DNA of 64,000 nt, from contig JABCPF020000042.1 of NCBI GenBank assembly GCA_013333285.2, forward strand, positions 12,302 to 76,301, in the 5' to 3' direction. Below the pieces are notes generated by a model. It made no database searches. It was not told the origin of the DNA and worked only from the letters and a program-made list of their open reading frames with translations. Below, one piece after another: positions 30,677 through 40,757 of the stretch. The number at the start of each line of letters is the position of its first letter. The first letter of the stretch is position 1. The position numbers and the translations under genes were made by a program. Source of the DNA: Prevotella sp. (lineage in GTDB: Bacteria; Bacteroidota; Bacteroidia; Bacteroidales; Bacteroidaceae).

Positions 30677-32108
30677 AACCAAACTGTTTTTCATATTCAG
30701 GCAACGGTAACGTGTAAGCACCAGTGGGCACCGCAACCGTATTGCCATTATAATTACCATCATCAACGGTCGACATATTCATGCGCTTGTAATAATAAAA
30801 GAGCTGTCCCTCACCTTTAAAATCGCATATATACTCGCGCGTTATTTCACGACGAAGGTCGGCAGCCGATGCCGACGCACTTACTTCAGCTGTTCCGCGC
30901 GCGCGCTTCAGCTCGTTAAGCATAGCACGTGCGTCAATACCCGTAGAGGCATTCTCCAGTCCACACTCAGCGGCAATGAGGTACATCTCACTCAATTTCA
31001 GCATAGGTACGATAGGATCACCATATTTTTTGCTTTCGGATACTTGCGTAGAGCGCTCGTAACGCACAAGATTTATCTTACCCCCTGCGGAAGGATTAGC
31101 GAAGAACCACGCCGAACGCACGTCACCATCAGCATAGGCTTGGGTGCTCTTGACAAAGTCTTGAGTGAGCCCTTCATAATAGGATCGCGAAACCGAAAGA
31201 ACATTTTCGGCATATAAAGCAAATATCATTTCGGGCTCAAATAAACGGTCTGATTTTTGAACAACGCCGTACACATCCGTTTTTTCTATCTCATTAGCAT
31301 GAATAAATCGGAATTTTCCCGACTGAATAACCTCCAGTGCATAGCGCGCTGCTTGCGTATAATCGCCACGATAAAGGCATATACGCGCAAGCAAAGCTGT
31401 GATAGCGTAATAGTTCATGCGCTGAACACGGTTATACTTTACATACTTATCGGCAAGCATCTGCCCCGTTTTCAAAGGGTCATCAGACAATAATTGACGG
31501 GCCTTTTGCAAATCATCAACAATATTTTGCAACAGTTGAGCAGACGTAATACGCTGTCCGAGCGAAAAACCAAAATCGGTTTTGTATGGTACATTCTTGG
31601 CTAAACTGTCGACCTTAAAAGAAGGATTATACAACCGCATAAGGTCAAAATACATCAAAGCACGCAAACCAAGTGCCTCGCCACGCATGATATTGCTTAC
31701 CTTTTCCTGTATGCCCACAGGGGCTTTATCGCCCAATTTCGTCAGAAGCATATTGTCGTTGACAATGGTATTAAACATTGTCAGGAAAATATCATTGTTT
31801 AAAGTCTGTCCCGCATCGGTCGTATAATTGAACTGTGTCCACGCAATGCGGTCGGGATTATCACTACTTACCGTGTACTGTTGGGTTAAAGGTTCGAGCG
31901 CATACAACGGCAGATTCCCACCATAAAGACTTTTTGTACCCAAGTTTGTGTACAAACCAGTGAGTGATGAGTAATATCCCTCGGACGAAGAAAACATATT
32001 TCCTTCGTCCACTTCTGAGTCATTACCCACGTCAAACCACGAACACGCAGTCAGCATAGGTAACACAAGGAACAGAGATATGATATATAATAGTTTTTTA
32101 AACGTCAT
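30660..32108 (-). CDS. SusD/RagB family lipoprotein
   Basis: Lipobox LTAC; GEALGLRALMYFDLMRLY, MNYYAITALLAR, LKLSEMYLIAAE, EGQLFYYYKR. Confidence 0.93.
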   Translation of the reverse strand: MTFKKLLYIISLFLVLPMLTACSWFDVGNDSEVDEGNMFSSSEGYYSSLTGLYTNLGTKSLYGGNLPLYALEPLTQQYTVSSDNPDRIAWTQFNYTTDAGQTLNNDIFLTMFNTIVNDNMLLTKLGDKAPVGIQEKVSNIMRGEALGLRALMYFDLMRLYNPSFKVDSLAKNVPYKTDFGFSLGQRITSAQLLQNIVDDLQKARQLLSDDPLKTGQMLADKYVKYNRVQRMNYYAITALLARICLYRGDYTQAARYALEVIQSGKFRFIHANEIEKTDVYGVVQKSDRLFEPEMIFALYAENVLSVSRSYYEGLTQDFVKSTQAYADGDVRSAWFFANPSAGGKINLVRYERSTQVSESKKYGDPIVPMLKLSEMYLIAAECGLENASTGIDARAMLNELKRARGTAEVSASASAADLRREITREYICDFKGEGQLFYYYKRMNMSTVDDGNYNGNTVAVPTGAYTLPLPEYEKQFGYGQNK

Positions 32109-32111
32109 AAT

Positions 32112-35100
32112 TTAAAAGTTTACATGTGCTGAAAATGTAACCGAACGCGTGTAAGGATAAGCCAATCCTCGCTCTTGGTGAATAGAACTTAGATAGAAGA
32201 GGTCGTTGGCTGTGACTGAAAGTTTCACCATACTAACCCAACTGTTAAGCAAACGCTGATGCGGAAGCATGTAACTTAGGCGCAAAGAGGTAAGACTTAA
32301 GTATCTTTCTTTTTGAACAAAACGCGAAGTTGCCTTTGTCACACTGTTATCGCGAATAGCTTTATAGCGCGCAATGCTGCCTGGATTCTGCCATCTTTCA
32401 GTCAAGGCACGGCGGTCATTGTTAACCATATAGTTCACATTCTCTATCTTTTCAGCCAATGTATAGTTGTACTTATCGGCACCAAACGAATACCCTGCAT
32501 TCGCACCCATCTCCCAAGAATGATATCGAAGGTTCACGCCCATGTAACCACGGAGCGTGGGTTCATTCACACCAACGGGTACTTGATTGTTAGCACTCCA
32601 TGTGTATGTGGTGGTTTGGTCACGGGAAACAAAAATTTCCTTGCCTGTTCCTGGATCAATTCCGAGTGACGGAACGGCATAAATGGTATTCATTGATTGG
32701 CCTTCTGTGAAGAGGAATACGGTTGAAGCTGTCGACGATGATTGTGCCTGACCGTTGACCATATCGTTATATCGCTTCAGGAAATCGGAAATTTTACGAA
32801 TCTTATTCGTATTATGCGCACCATTCCATGAGAAGTTTAACATCATGTCTTTGGTCTTAACAGGCGTATAACTCAAGCTAAATTCATAACCTTGATTCGT
32901 TAAATCACCCATATTTGCCTTGTAAGAGTTGAAGCCTATCGATGGCGCGATTGTGATTGTAGTAAGGTTTCCTACCGTCGTATTATAATAATAGTTCAAC
33001 TCAAAGTTCAGTTTACTATTGAAAACTGTACCATCAAGTCCGATATTTCTGTTGTAAGTGCGCTGTCCTCGCAGGTTAGGGTTTCCTAAAGTAGAGATAA
33101 CTGCCCCAAAATATCCACCATAAACCGATCGAGTATACGAATACATGTTACCAGCTTGATTGCGACTATAGCTTTGGCTTCCTGTAGTACCCACATTCAA
33201 TCGAAGCGCAAGATTTTGAACATTCTTATTTCCACGAAGGAACTTTTCGTTAGAAATGTTCCACCGAAGGCCCACAGACCAATAAGAAGATGCGCGTTCG
33301 TGTTTGCCATAAAGCGAAGAACCATCAAGTCGGCATGTCATATCCATAAGGTAACGATTATCCCAAGATAAGTTCTGATTGCAGAAAACACCTGCCGTTC
33401 GTGTCGTAGAACGCAATCCGCTTACACGCCCAAAGCTCTCATATTGCACCGCATACGACAGGTAATCCTGCGCATCTCCGAGGAAACCTGTCATAGAATA
33501 CCCATCGTTTTCTGTCGTTGTTTGACGAGCTTCTGCGCCAATAATGCCTTGCCAATCGAACTTTCCCCACGAATGTGTGTACGAAAGCACCGTATTTCCA
33601 TTATAGGTAATACCTGTCGAATTGTTGATATTATACCTCCCGCGACGGTAAAGCACGTCGGGATTTGTCGACGAATTGTTGTTATTATTGGTGTAAGCGA
33701 AGCTTGCTGGCGACACATAAGCATCGTCACGACTAAAGTCATAACTCATTGAAAAGCTGCCTTTCAAGCGCAATTCTGGCAAAATCAGCCAGTTCATACT
33801 AAAGTTATTAGTTACGCTTGCAACCTCAGCTTTAGAGAAACTGTTCAGATACTTCGCCTCATATACAGGCGATTGCTGCGAGGCCAGCACGCCCAGCGCC
33901 ATTCCTGACGGTGCAAAGTTGGCAATAGATAACAAGCGATAGTAGTTGCCGTTGTCGTCACGCTCTTGATAATACGGCAGTGCACGTGTGTAAGTTGAGA
34001 AGTTTCCGTAGGGCGAATCAGCGCTATTGGTTAACGAAAACTGCAGATTATTCGTAATGTACAGCTTACGTGTTTGGAACATTAGCTTTGTTCCAGCTTC
34101 GTATGTCGTTCTTGACGACCCCTTCATAGCGCCATCATTCGTCCCCATTCCGAGGTTAACCGAATATCTTACATTCCCTTTCGTTCCGTTTTGACTCAAC
34201 ACACTACCATCAATCATAACGGTATGCTTGCGATTAAAGCCAATACGCAAAGGCTTTTTCAACCAATAAGTATCAACCCCATTCATCACATTGCGAAGCA
34301 CTGCATTGTATGAATTAAGGTTCGTTCCTCCGTCCTCGCCCGCTGAGTACGGATCAAACACACCCGCTGCCTTTTGAAATTCCAGAGCTTCTGCAGCGTT
34401 CATCAGATTGTACGACGTAAGATCGGGCACCTGAACACCACCATTAAGCGTATAACTTATTTGCAGTTTTCCCGTTTCAGGACTCTTAGTTTCAATTACA
34501 ATAACGCCGTTAGCAGCCCTACTTCCATAAATAGCCGAAGCCGAAGCGTCCTTTAAAATAGTAACGCTTTTGATACGATTCATGTCCAAATCGTACACTT
34601 TTTGCACGCTCACTTCAAAGCCGTCAAGAATAAAAACGGGCAGCGAGGTTTGTGTTTCTAACGTACTTCGGGAGATGTCGGGCATTGAATTCTGTCCTCT
34701 TAACTCAATTTGCCCAGGCACATGATTAGGGTCAGAGCCAAACATTCCGCGTGTATCTACTATCTGTAACGATGGCTCAAAGACCTTCAAACTATTAAAG
34801 AAACTTGTGTTATTGACCGAACGAAGTTCATCTCCGCCCACCTGCACAGCTGTTCCAGTAAAGCTATTCTTCGCCTTCGAATAGAAACCCGTTACCACTG
34901 TCTCTTTTAATTCATGCTCGTCTGGCGTAAGTTGTATTGTAATATTGGCGTATTTGCGCGCTCTTACTTCATAAGTCTTGAAACCAACATACTCTACAAT
35001 AACAAACAATTGAGCGTTTTTCACGTCAAAAGAGAACCTACCCTCTCCGTCAGTTACAGCCATTGATATGGTCTTAAACTTAGGAACGCGACTCACCAAT

Positions 35101-35303
35101 TGCACCTTCGCACCCGGTAAAGGTTGTCCGCTCTCGTCCACAACGGTGCCACGCATCAGCTGTTGCGCTGGCACCACAGACTTAGGTTGCTGCGAACCCT
35201 GCACTTTACTGTCTTGAGCGCATAAGTTTATAGGCAGCAACAACAGCAAAAATAGCAGTTGCGGAAGCTGATTTATCATCTTGTTGAACATGATTCTCGA
35301 CAT
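32112..35303 (-). CDS. SusC/RagA family TonB-dependent transporter, full length
   Basis: N-terminal GTVVDESGQPLPGA domain, TonB-box region LKETVVTGF, ILKDASASAIYGSRAANGVIVIETK, C-terminal aromatic residue (HVNF). Confidence 0.95.
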   Translation of the reverse strand: MSRIMFNKMINQLPQLLFLLLLLPINLCAQDSKVQGSQQPKSVVPAQQLMRGTVVDESGQPLPGAKVQLVSRVPKFKTISMAVTDGEGRFSFDVKNAQLFVIVEYVGFKTYEVRARKYANITIQLTPDEHELKETVVTGFYSKAKNSFTGTAVQVGGDELRSVNNTSFFNSLKVFEPSLQIVDTRGMFGSDPNHVPGQIELRGQNSMPDISRSTLETQTSLPVFILDGFEVSVQKVYDLDMNRIKSVTILKDASASAIYGSRAANGVIVIETKSPETGKLQISYTLNGGVQVPDLTSYNLMNAAEALEFQKAAGVFDPYSAGEDGGTNLNSYNAVLRNVMNGVDTYWLKKPLRIGFNRKHTVMIDGSVLSQNGTKGNVRYSVNLGMGTNDGAMKGSSRTTYEAGTKLMFQTRKLYITNNLQFSLTNSADSPYGNFSTYTRALPYYQERDDNGNYYRLLSIANFAPSGMALGVLASQQSPVYEAKYLNSFSKAEVASVTNNFSMNWLILPELRLKGSFSMSYDFSRDDAYVSPASFAYTNNNNNSSTNPDVLYRRGRYNINNSTGITYNGNTVLSYTHSWGKFDWQGIIGAEARQTTTENDGYSMTGFLGDAQDYLSYAVQYESFGRVSGLRSTTRTAGVFCNQNLSWDNRYLMDMTCRLDGSSLYGKHERASSYWSVGLRWNISNEKFLRGNKNVQNLALRLNVGTTGSQSYSRNQAGNMYSYTRSVYGGYFGAVISTLGNPNLRGQRTYNRNIGLDGTVFNSKLNFELNYYYNTTVGNLTTITIAPSIGFNSYKANMGDLTNQGYEFSLSYTPVKTKDMMLNFSWNGAHNTNKIRKISDFLKRYNDMVNGQAQSSSTASTVFLFTEGQSMNTIYAVPSLGIDPGTGKEIFVSRDQTTTYTWSANNQVPVGVNEPTLRGYMGVNLRYHSWEMGANAGYSFGADKYNYTLAEKIENVNYMVNNDRRALTERWQNPGSIARYKAIRDNSVTKATSRFVQKERYLSLTSLRLSYMLPHQRLLNSWVSMVKLSVTANDLFYLSSIHQERGLAYPYTRSVTFSAHVNF

Positions 35304-36764
35304 TTATTGAATAGCATTAAACAAGTCGGCAGGCAACGGAAAGGTGTATTGATTCAGCGTTACCGTCCGCATGGTGCCATCAGCAGCCTTAACTGACGTC
35401 AAACCAAGCCGCTTATTAAGATAGAAAAGTTGCCCTTCGCCAAACAAATCGCGACGTGCTTCATCATAAATCAGCTCTCGAAGGCTCTCCTTTGTCACGC
35501 TTGTCGCCCTGCTGGCATAGCTTATATCCTTATAGCCTTGCATCTCTTCTAACAGCGACCGCGCCGCCGACGTCTGCCCCATCTCGTTCAAAGCCTCAAC
35601 CTTAATCAACATAACCTCACCTAATTTAATATAAGGGATTGCCGCAGGCAGACTGGTTGCCGTGGCCGAAGTGCTGTACACATAATCGGTTAGCAGCGTA
35701 GCCGAGCCAAACTTATTGCTCATTGCATAGCCGCTTCCTTGCTGACGAAACCATGCGCGGTATCTAATATCGGCATTATCAGCGTAGATATCACGAAGAC
35801 TCGTTGTGGTTTGAATGCCTTTTGTTTTAAACATATCGTCGCTCAAACGAGCAAAACCTGTTGGTGTTGAGGCTATACCAAACACATATTCGCGCGAAAA
35901 GCTGAAATCGCTACCATAATGTCCTGGAGTAACCCAATAGAAAAGACGATAACGCGCCACTGTATTCTGCAGATGAGCCAACACACTATCAGCCTGTGCC
36001 ACAGCCTGTTCGTAATTACCTTGCCATAGCGCAACACGCGCCTGAACAGCTTTAACGGCATAGTAATTCATCTGAAACGTGCGCAGACGACGGTCAAACT
36101 CGCCTACACCTACAATGCTATTACGCTCTTTTAAAATAGGATCGGCAGTTTTTAATAACTGTGCCGCATGTGCAAGGTCTGTATTTACCGCCTGCAAAAT
36201 TTGCGTTGTTGTCAAGGCTTCAGGCACATTTGCGCTTGTGTGTGTGACGTAAGGCAGACCGCGAAAACCTGCATCGGTTGCAGGTGCAGGGTGGAAAAGG
36301 CGTAGCAAATCAAACTGCACCGCTGCCCGAAGTGCATAAGCTTCAGCCGTAATTATTTTCTTTTTTCCTGCCGAAGTAAATACAACCTTCGTACGTTCAG
36401 CTTCATCAATCAATTTGTTACAGGCAGCAACCACGCGGTATGCCGCATGCGTCATCGAGTCAACACGCGCTGCAAGAGCCGCATCAGCAAAGTTTAGTTG
36501 TGCCGCTGCCGACGAAAAGGCATCGTGTGGAGCCATGTTTTGATTGGCAAACTCCATCATTTCGAGCGTCAGCATACCCCCATAAAGGTCACGCGAACGC
36601 ATTAAAGTGTAACAGTCGGTAAGCGTACTGGCAAAGGCTGTCTCATCTCCAAAGAACTTCTTATCGGTGATATGCTGTTCGTCACCTGTTTTATCAAAGT
36701 AGTCGTTACACGATGATAGCGTCATCATCAGCAACGCAATAAGGAAAAATATCGTTTTTTTCAT
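35304..36764 (-). CDS. SusD/RagB family lipoprotein
   Basis: Lipobox LSSC; AEAYALRAAVQFDLLRLF, MNYYAVKAVQAR, GEGQLFYLNKR. Confidence 0.92.
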   Translation of the reverse strand: MKKTIFFLIALLMMTLSSCNDYFDKTGDEQHITDKKFFGDETAFASTLTDCYTLMRSRDLYGGMLTLEMMEFANQNMAPHDAFSSAAAQLNFADAALAARVDSMTHAAYRVVAACNKLIDEAERTKVVFTSAGKKKIITAEAYALRAAVQFDLLRLFHPAPATDAGFRGLPYVTHTSANVPEALTTTQILQAVNTDLAHAAQLLKTADPILKERNSIVGVGEFDRRLRTFQMNYYAVKAVQARVALWQGNYEQAVAQADSVLAHLQNTVARYRLFYWVTPGHYGSDFSFSREYVFGIASTPTGFARLSDDMFKTKGIQTTTSLRDIYADNADIRYRAWFRQQGSGYAMSNKFGSATLLTDYVYSTSATATSLPAAIPYIKLGEVMLIKVEALNEMGQTSAARSLLEEMQGYKDISYASRATSVTKESLRELIYDEARRDLFGEGQLFYLNKRLGLTSVKAADGTMRTVTLNQYTFPLPADLFNAIQ

Positions 36765-36784
36765 TCGTTCGTCTCTCTTTCAAG

Positions 36785-39100
36785 TTAAAACTTTACGCTG
36801 GCCGACAAACTCAGACTGCGTGTTAATGGATAGCAAATACCTTCAGCAACTTTTGCCGAGCGCCATGTCAACAAGTTGCTTCCTATCAACGACCAGTGTA
36901 TGGCACTGACGTATTTACCCTGCAATTTCAGCGTATGAGCCAGCCATAACGAGGCCAACTGCAAACGGTTATCATTGTGTACCATGTACGCTGCCGACAG
37001 ATAATCAACCTGTTTATTACCAGTAACACCTGCGACGGTGGCACCTACGCTCCATTGTTTCCACAGCGCCTGCAAGCCTATACTACCACGCAACGTTGTT
37101 TGTTCAAGGCCAACCATCATTGAAGGAGACGTAGCGATAACGCGTTCACGATAGTAAGCAGGCACGTCGGCCACACGATTATGATTCAAACGCAAAGCTG
37201 TCCACCCATTTAATGAGAAGTTATTACGCGCGAAAAGCTTGTCTGAAGCTGTCAATTCAAGGCCTGAGTTGATAACGTTTCCTCCATTTGCCACCTGACT
37301 ATAGAAGCCTTCGTATGCAGGCAATGGTCTTAATGTCAACTGGTCAGCCGCATGATTGCGATAGACCTCAACATGAAATTGCCCAGTTTTCGTCCTCATT
37401 TCAACACCTGCAGCCAACATCAGCATCTGAATAGGCTTTAAACCTCTGTTGGGTTTATGGTTAAGGCGAGCGCCAATCTGATAATAATTATAAATATACT
37501 CGTCATGCGTATCGTTGGTGTACGTGCTATAAAAGTCGGTATAACTAAAGGGAACTACGCCCGTTGTTCCTGCTTCCACATACAAACGAAGCGTTTTCAG
37601 CCAATCGGTCTTCAACCATGTCTCATTGTGCATATTCCAATAGGCTTTTCCTGCACTATAAAACATACTGCGATTATCGGGCGCAAGCAAATTCGAACGA
37701 TTCAGATTTCCTGCCAGCATTATGCCATATCGTTGATTGAAATGATAATCGGCCGTAACAAATAAGCGCAATGTGCGCTCATAAAGTCGGTTTGCTACAG
37801 GTGTCTGTAGCGTATCGTAGCCTTGTGTAAAGGTAATGTACGCCATACGGTCACTTAATATTCCACGTCCGCCATAGCTTTCGCCTGTTCGATGTCCGTC
37901 AAAAATGTTAAAGCCCAAAGTGCTAATAAGCCTACCTTTACCCACGTTGGCTTGGTAATTTAACGACGCACCGCCTTCATAAGACACATAGCCTGAGCGG
38001 CGAATATGGTAGGTTCCGTTTGCACGCAAGTCGGTATTGGCCATAAAAATAGCCGATGAAGGAGAAACGAAATCGTCATAACGCACATACTGTCGTGCAT
38101 AACTAAAGTTACCTTTAAACTGCAAATGGTACGGAAGGTCAATATCCACACCCAAACGATCAGTCAGCGTTCCCGTTTGTTCCTTAAAGAAAGAGCCTAA
38201 CGAGTGCTCATATACAGGATTAGGAACTTGTTTACCGTTAACGTCAACAAATGGTCTAAGCATTCCCAAACCATCGTAAGGGCTTTCCGTTCCGCTAATC
38301 AACGCCATGTCGCCCCAACGACCAAAGTTCGACGTTCGGGCTTTATAATAGTCGAAAGCTAAATCATTATATACATTAATTGCTTTGTGACGATAGCCTA
38401 CATAAGCACGAAGGTTAAGATCATCATTACCCGAACCCTTCATCACCCCTCTGTTAGCAGGTGCAAACGAAGCTGTAAACTTATAGGAAACAGCCCCATC
38501 ACTTCCGCCCACATCAATTTGATGACGTTGCGAAAAGCCCGTTTGCAGCGGCTGTGAAAGCCAGTTTGTAGGCCCACTTACGCTTTTTTGCTGTGCGCTA
38601 TACGGGCTTTTATCGGCCGTAAACATCGAAAGGTTGAGATGATATGTTACTTTTAACGGCGTCACCGCAGGACGAAGGGTTGTAACTTCAACCACACCAT
38701 CGGCTCCGTTTATGCCCCATGCCGCCAAACTAACAGCATCGGTTATTACGCGAATTTCCTTTATATCGCTGACATTCAAGGCACGAGCGGTACTCAATGG
38801 CACGCGATTACCATCAATTAAAAACAAGATATTGCGACTCTTGGCACGCGAAGTCCAACGGCTGAAGCCCCCTACGGCCGACTCCTCAGGCACATAGCCC
38901 AATACATCACCCTGATATGCACGATCAGCCATAACAAACGAGGGTTCTAATACTGACAAAGCATACCAGAAATTAGTCTGACTTACCTGTTGCAATTCAG
39001 CCGAAGTAATAACTTTGTCCTCAGCAACAGCAGAAATAATAAAACAGGGAGAAAAGGTGAAAAATAAAACAACTGCCCCAAAACTCCTAATTCTATTCAT
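36785..39100 (-). CDS. Shortened SusC-like TonB-dependent receptor (771 aa)
   Basis: Signal peptide followed directly by a plug (LFLIDG, DAVSLAAWGINGADGVVEVTT); barrel collinear with the neighbouring SusC; ends YPLTRSLSLSASVKF. Confidence 0.85.
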   Translation of the reverse strand: MNRIRSFGAVVLFFTFSPCFIISAVAEDKVITSAELQQVSQTNFWYALSVLEPSFVMADRAYQGDVLGYVPEESAVGGFSRWTSRAKSRNILFLIDGNRVPLSTARALNVSDIKEIRVITDAVSLAAWGINGADGVVEVTTLRPAVTPLKVTYHLNLSMFTADKSPYSAQQKSVSGPTNWLSQPLQTGFSQRHQIDVGGSDGAVSYKFTASFAPANRGVMKGSGNDDLNLRAYVGYRHKAINVYNDLAFDYYKARTSNFGRWGDMALISGTESPYDGLGMLRPFVDVNGKQVPNPVYEHSLGSFFKEQTGTLTDRLGVDIDLPYHLQFKGNFSYARQYVRYDDFVSPSSAIFMANTDLRANGTYHIRRSGYVSYEGGASLNYQANVGKGRLISTLGFNIFDGHRTGESYGGRGILSDRMAYITFTQGYDTLQTPVANRLYERTLRLFVTADYHFNQRYGIMLAGNLNRSNLLAPDNRSMFYSAGKAYWNMHNETWLKTDWLKTLRLYVEAGTTGVVPFSYTDFYSTYTNDTHDEYIYNYYQIGARLNHKPNRGLKPIQMLMLAAGVEMRTKTGQFHVEVYRNHAADQLTLRPLPAYEGFYSQVANGGNVINSGLELTASDKLFARNNFSLNGWTALRLNHNRVADVPAYYRERVIATSPSMMVGLEQTTLRGSIGLQALWKQWSVGATVAGVTGNKQVDYLSAAYMVHNDNRLQLASLWLAHTLKLQGKYVSAIHWSLIGSNLLTWRSAKVAEGICYPLTRSLSLSASVKF

Positions 39101-39121
39101 ATATTTTTGCGATTAAGACAT

Positions 39122-39129
39122 CAAAGTTA
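39122..39129 (-). promoter_or_regulatory. -7 promoter element for the SusC/SusD cluster
   Basis: TAACTTTG on the minus strand, 21 nt before the ATG. Confidence 0.65.
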
Positions 39130-39342
39130 CTTAAATTTTCCCATTCGTTGTTTGAATGAACTATCAATTATTAAAAAGATAGAAAAAATACTTAAAAATG
39201 AGTATAAGCAAACTTGTCGAAGCAAAATATACTCATCATATCTATAAATAAAGCGTGAGTATATCCGTACGAAAACGCCAATATATTGTAGGCCTTCGCC
39301 CTATACGCAATAATAGTTTACACTTTTAGGCATAAGACTAAT

Positions 39343-39432
39343 GATACGACGGCCGTAGTACACACTATATGACGGCCGTAGCACAATGTGTACCACGGCC
39401 GTCAACAACGCGTTTGGCGGCCGCCACACGCT
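39343..39432. repeat. Intergenic ~90-bp element, copy 3
   Basis: Four perfect CGGCCG cores at 39350, 39373, 39396, 39418. Confidence 0.85.
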
Positions 39433-39539
39433 CACGAAATAATCGTTATTGAAGCGCCTGACAGCCGCCAAATATTTAAGGCAAGCCTATCAACACGTAT
39501 CGAAATCTACCAATTTCGATTAAAAGAATAAGATAGTTG

Positions 39540-40745
39540 TTATTTTTTTGCCTCGTTATTTTCCTGTATAGCCTTCCTTAGCTTTATTTTATAAAGCGCA
39601 TGCCACCAACGACTTATAGGACGACCCCATAGCGTTTCGGAAGGAAAATCGAGGGCAAAATGTAGGTTGCGGTATATCTCTAAAAAATATTGTCGGTACG
39701 GAGACATACCTTGGAACGAATAACGCTCATCAGAGAATCCGAAGTTTCCGCTTAAAATAATCTCTGAAAGCAACAAACGCCCTATTCGTTCATGGGGCTT
39801 CATCAATAAAAATTCGTCTTCAAGACCTAACGTATACTTCATAATGTACATCAAACCAGAGGCAAATTTCAACATGCCTACACGACGAAGCACATCAAGT
39901 GTTTCTTGTTTCTCTTCAGGAGTAAAGCCACGACGAAGCAGGTAGTAATAATCGACGATTTGTCGTAAGCCAATTCCTTCGAAGAAAAAATGATGCATCA
40001 GGTGCGACAATTGGAAAACACGGTTAAACCCATCAGTGGGTACACATATCGTCCCTAAATCGTCAGGCAAACGAACTATGTTCGTAAACTGTTCTGACTT
40101 ATGCTCTTCAAACCATTGGCGCAGGCGTTTTTCATGAACAATATTGCCCATAAATGATGGGAAAAAATGCAGTTCAACAGGGGTCTGCAAAATGTTTAGC
40201 TCGATATGATGATAGCCTATCTCGCCCTGTTTATCCTGCTGACGCGCAATCCTGATGAGCTTTACAATCTCGGGATCAACCGTCCAAAAATAATTCTTAC
40301 GCTTGGTTGTCGATTCTTTCTGTCCTGAATCTGCACCGTTTTCCGTTTGCGTTTGGCACCAAATATCAATATCTCCTGGTGAGCGCATGTAAGGATCGGG
40401 GTACATTATGGCGTTGCCCTGTCCCTTTAACACGCAGCTTTTAACAAGGAAATCGCGATAAAGACCTGTGGTTAAGTGCGAGGCGTCACGATAAACCTGC
40501 ACGTTTAACTTCTTAACAGCTGCATAGGTGGCATACCATTTAAGAATAGTTACGTGGTCGGGCTTATAAGGAGAATCGCCCATTCGCTCCAAACCATGGT
40601 ACAACACACCCGAAATAGCCTGCTTTCTACCAAAGTCTAACAGTCCATTCCAATCCATGTTGCGTGCCGATTCTGGAACAGGCGCACTATCGTTTAACGA
40701 AAATCGGAGGAAATCTAAATAAGCTTGTGTTTTTTCTTCTTGCAT
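39540..40745 (-). CDS. Nucleotidyltransferase family protein (NTP_transf_5-like)
   Basis: VLKGQG..YPDPYMRSPGDIDIW, VELHF, HHFFFEGIGLRQIVD. Confidence 0.82.
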   Translation of the reverse strand: MQEEKTQAYLDFLRFSLNDSAPVPESARNMDWNGLLDFGRKQAISGVLYHGLERMGDSPYKPDHVTILKWYATYAAVKKLNVQVYRDASHLTTGLYRDFLVKSCVLKGQGNAIMYPDPYMRSPGDIDIWCQTQTENGADSGQKESTTKRKNYFWTVDPEIVKLIRIARQQDKQGEIGYHHIELNILQTPVELHFFPSFMGNIVHEKRLRQWFEEHKSEQFTNIVRLPDDLGTICVPTDGFNRVFQLSHLMHHFFFEGIGLRQIVDYYYLLRRGFTPEEKQETLDVLRRVGMLKFASGLMYIMKYTLGLEDEFLLMKPHERIGRLLLSEIILSGNFGFSDERYSFQGMSPYRQYFLEIYRNLHFALDFPSETLWGRPISRWWHALYKIKLRKAIQENNEAKK

Positions 40746-40757
40746 GATATAAACAAG

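Noticed and set aside
29948..30766. Long ORF-track starts producing large overlaps (also 3823, 6666, 12585, 19610, 19635, 51203)
   Set aside because: Downstream ATGs fit signal peptides, family N-termini and promoter positions better; starts were adjusted.
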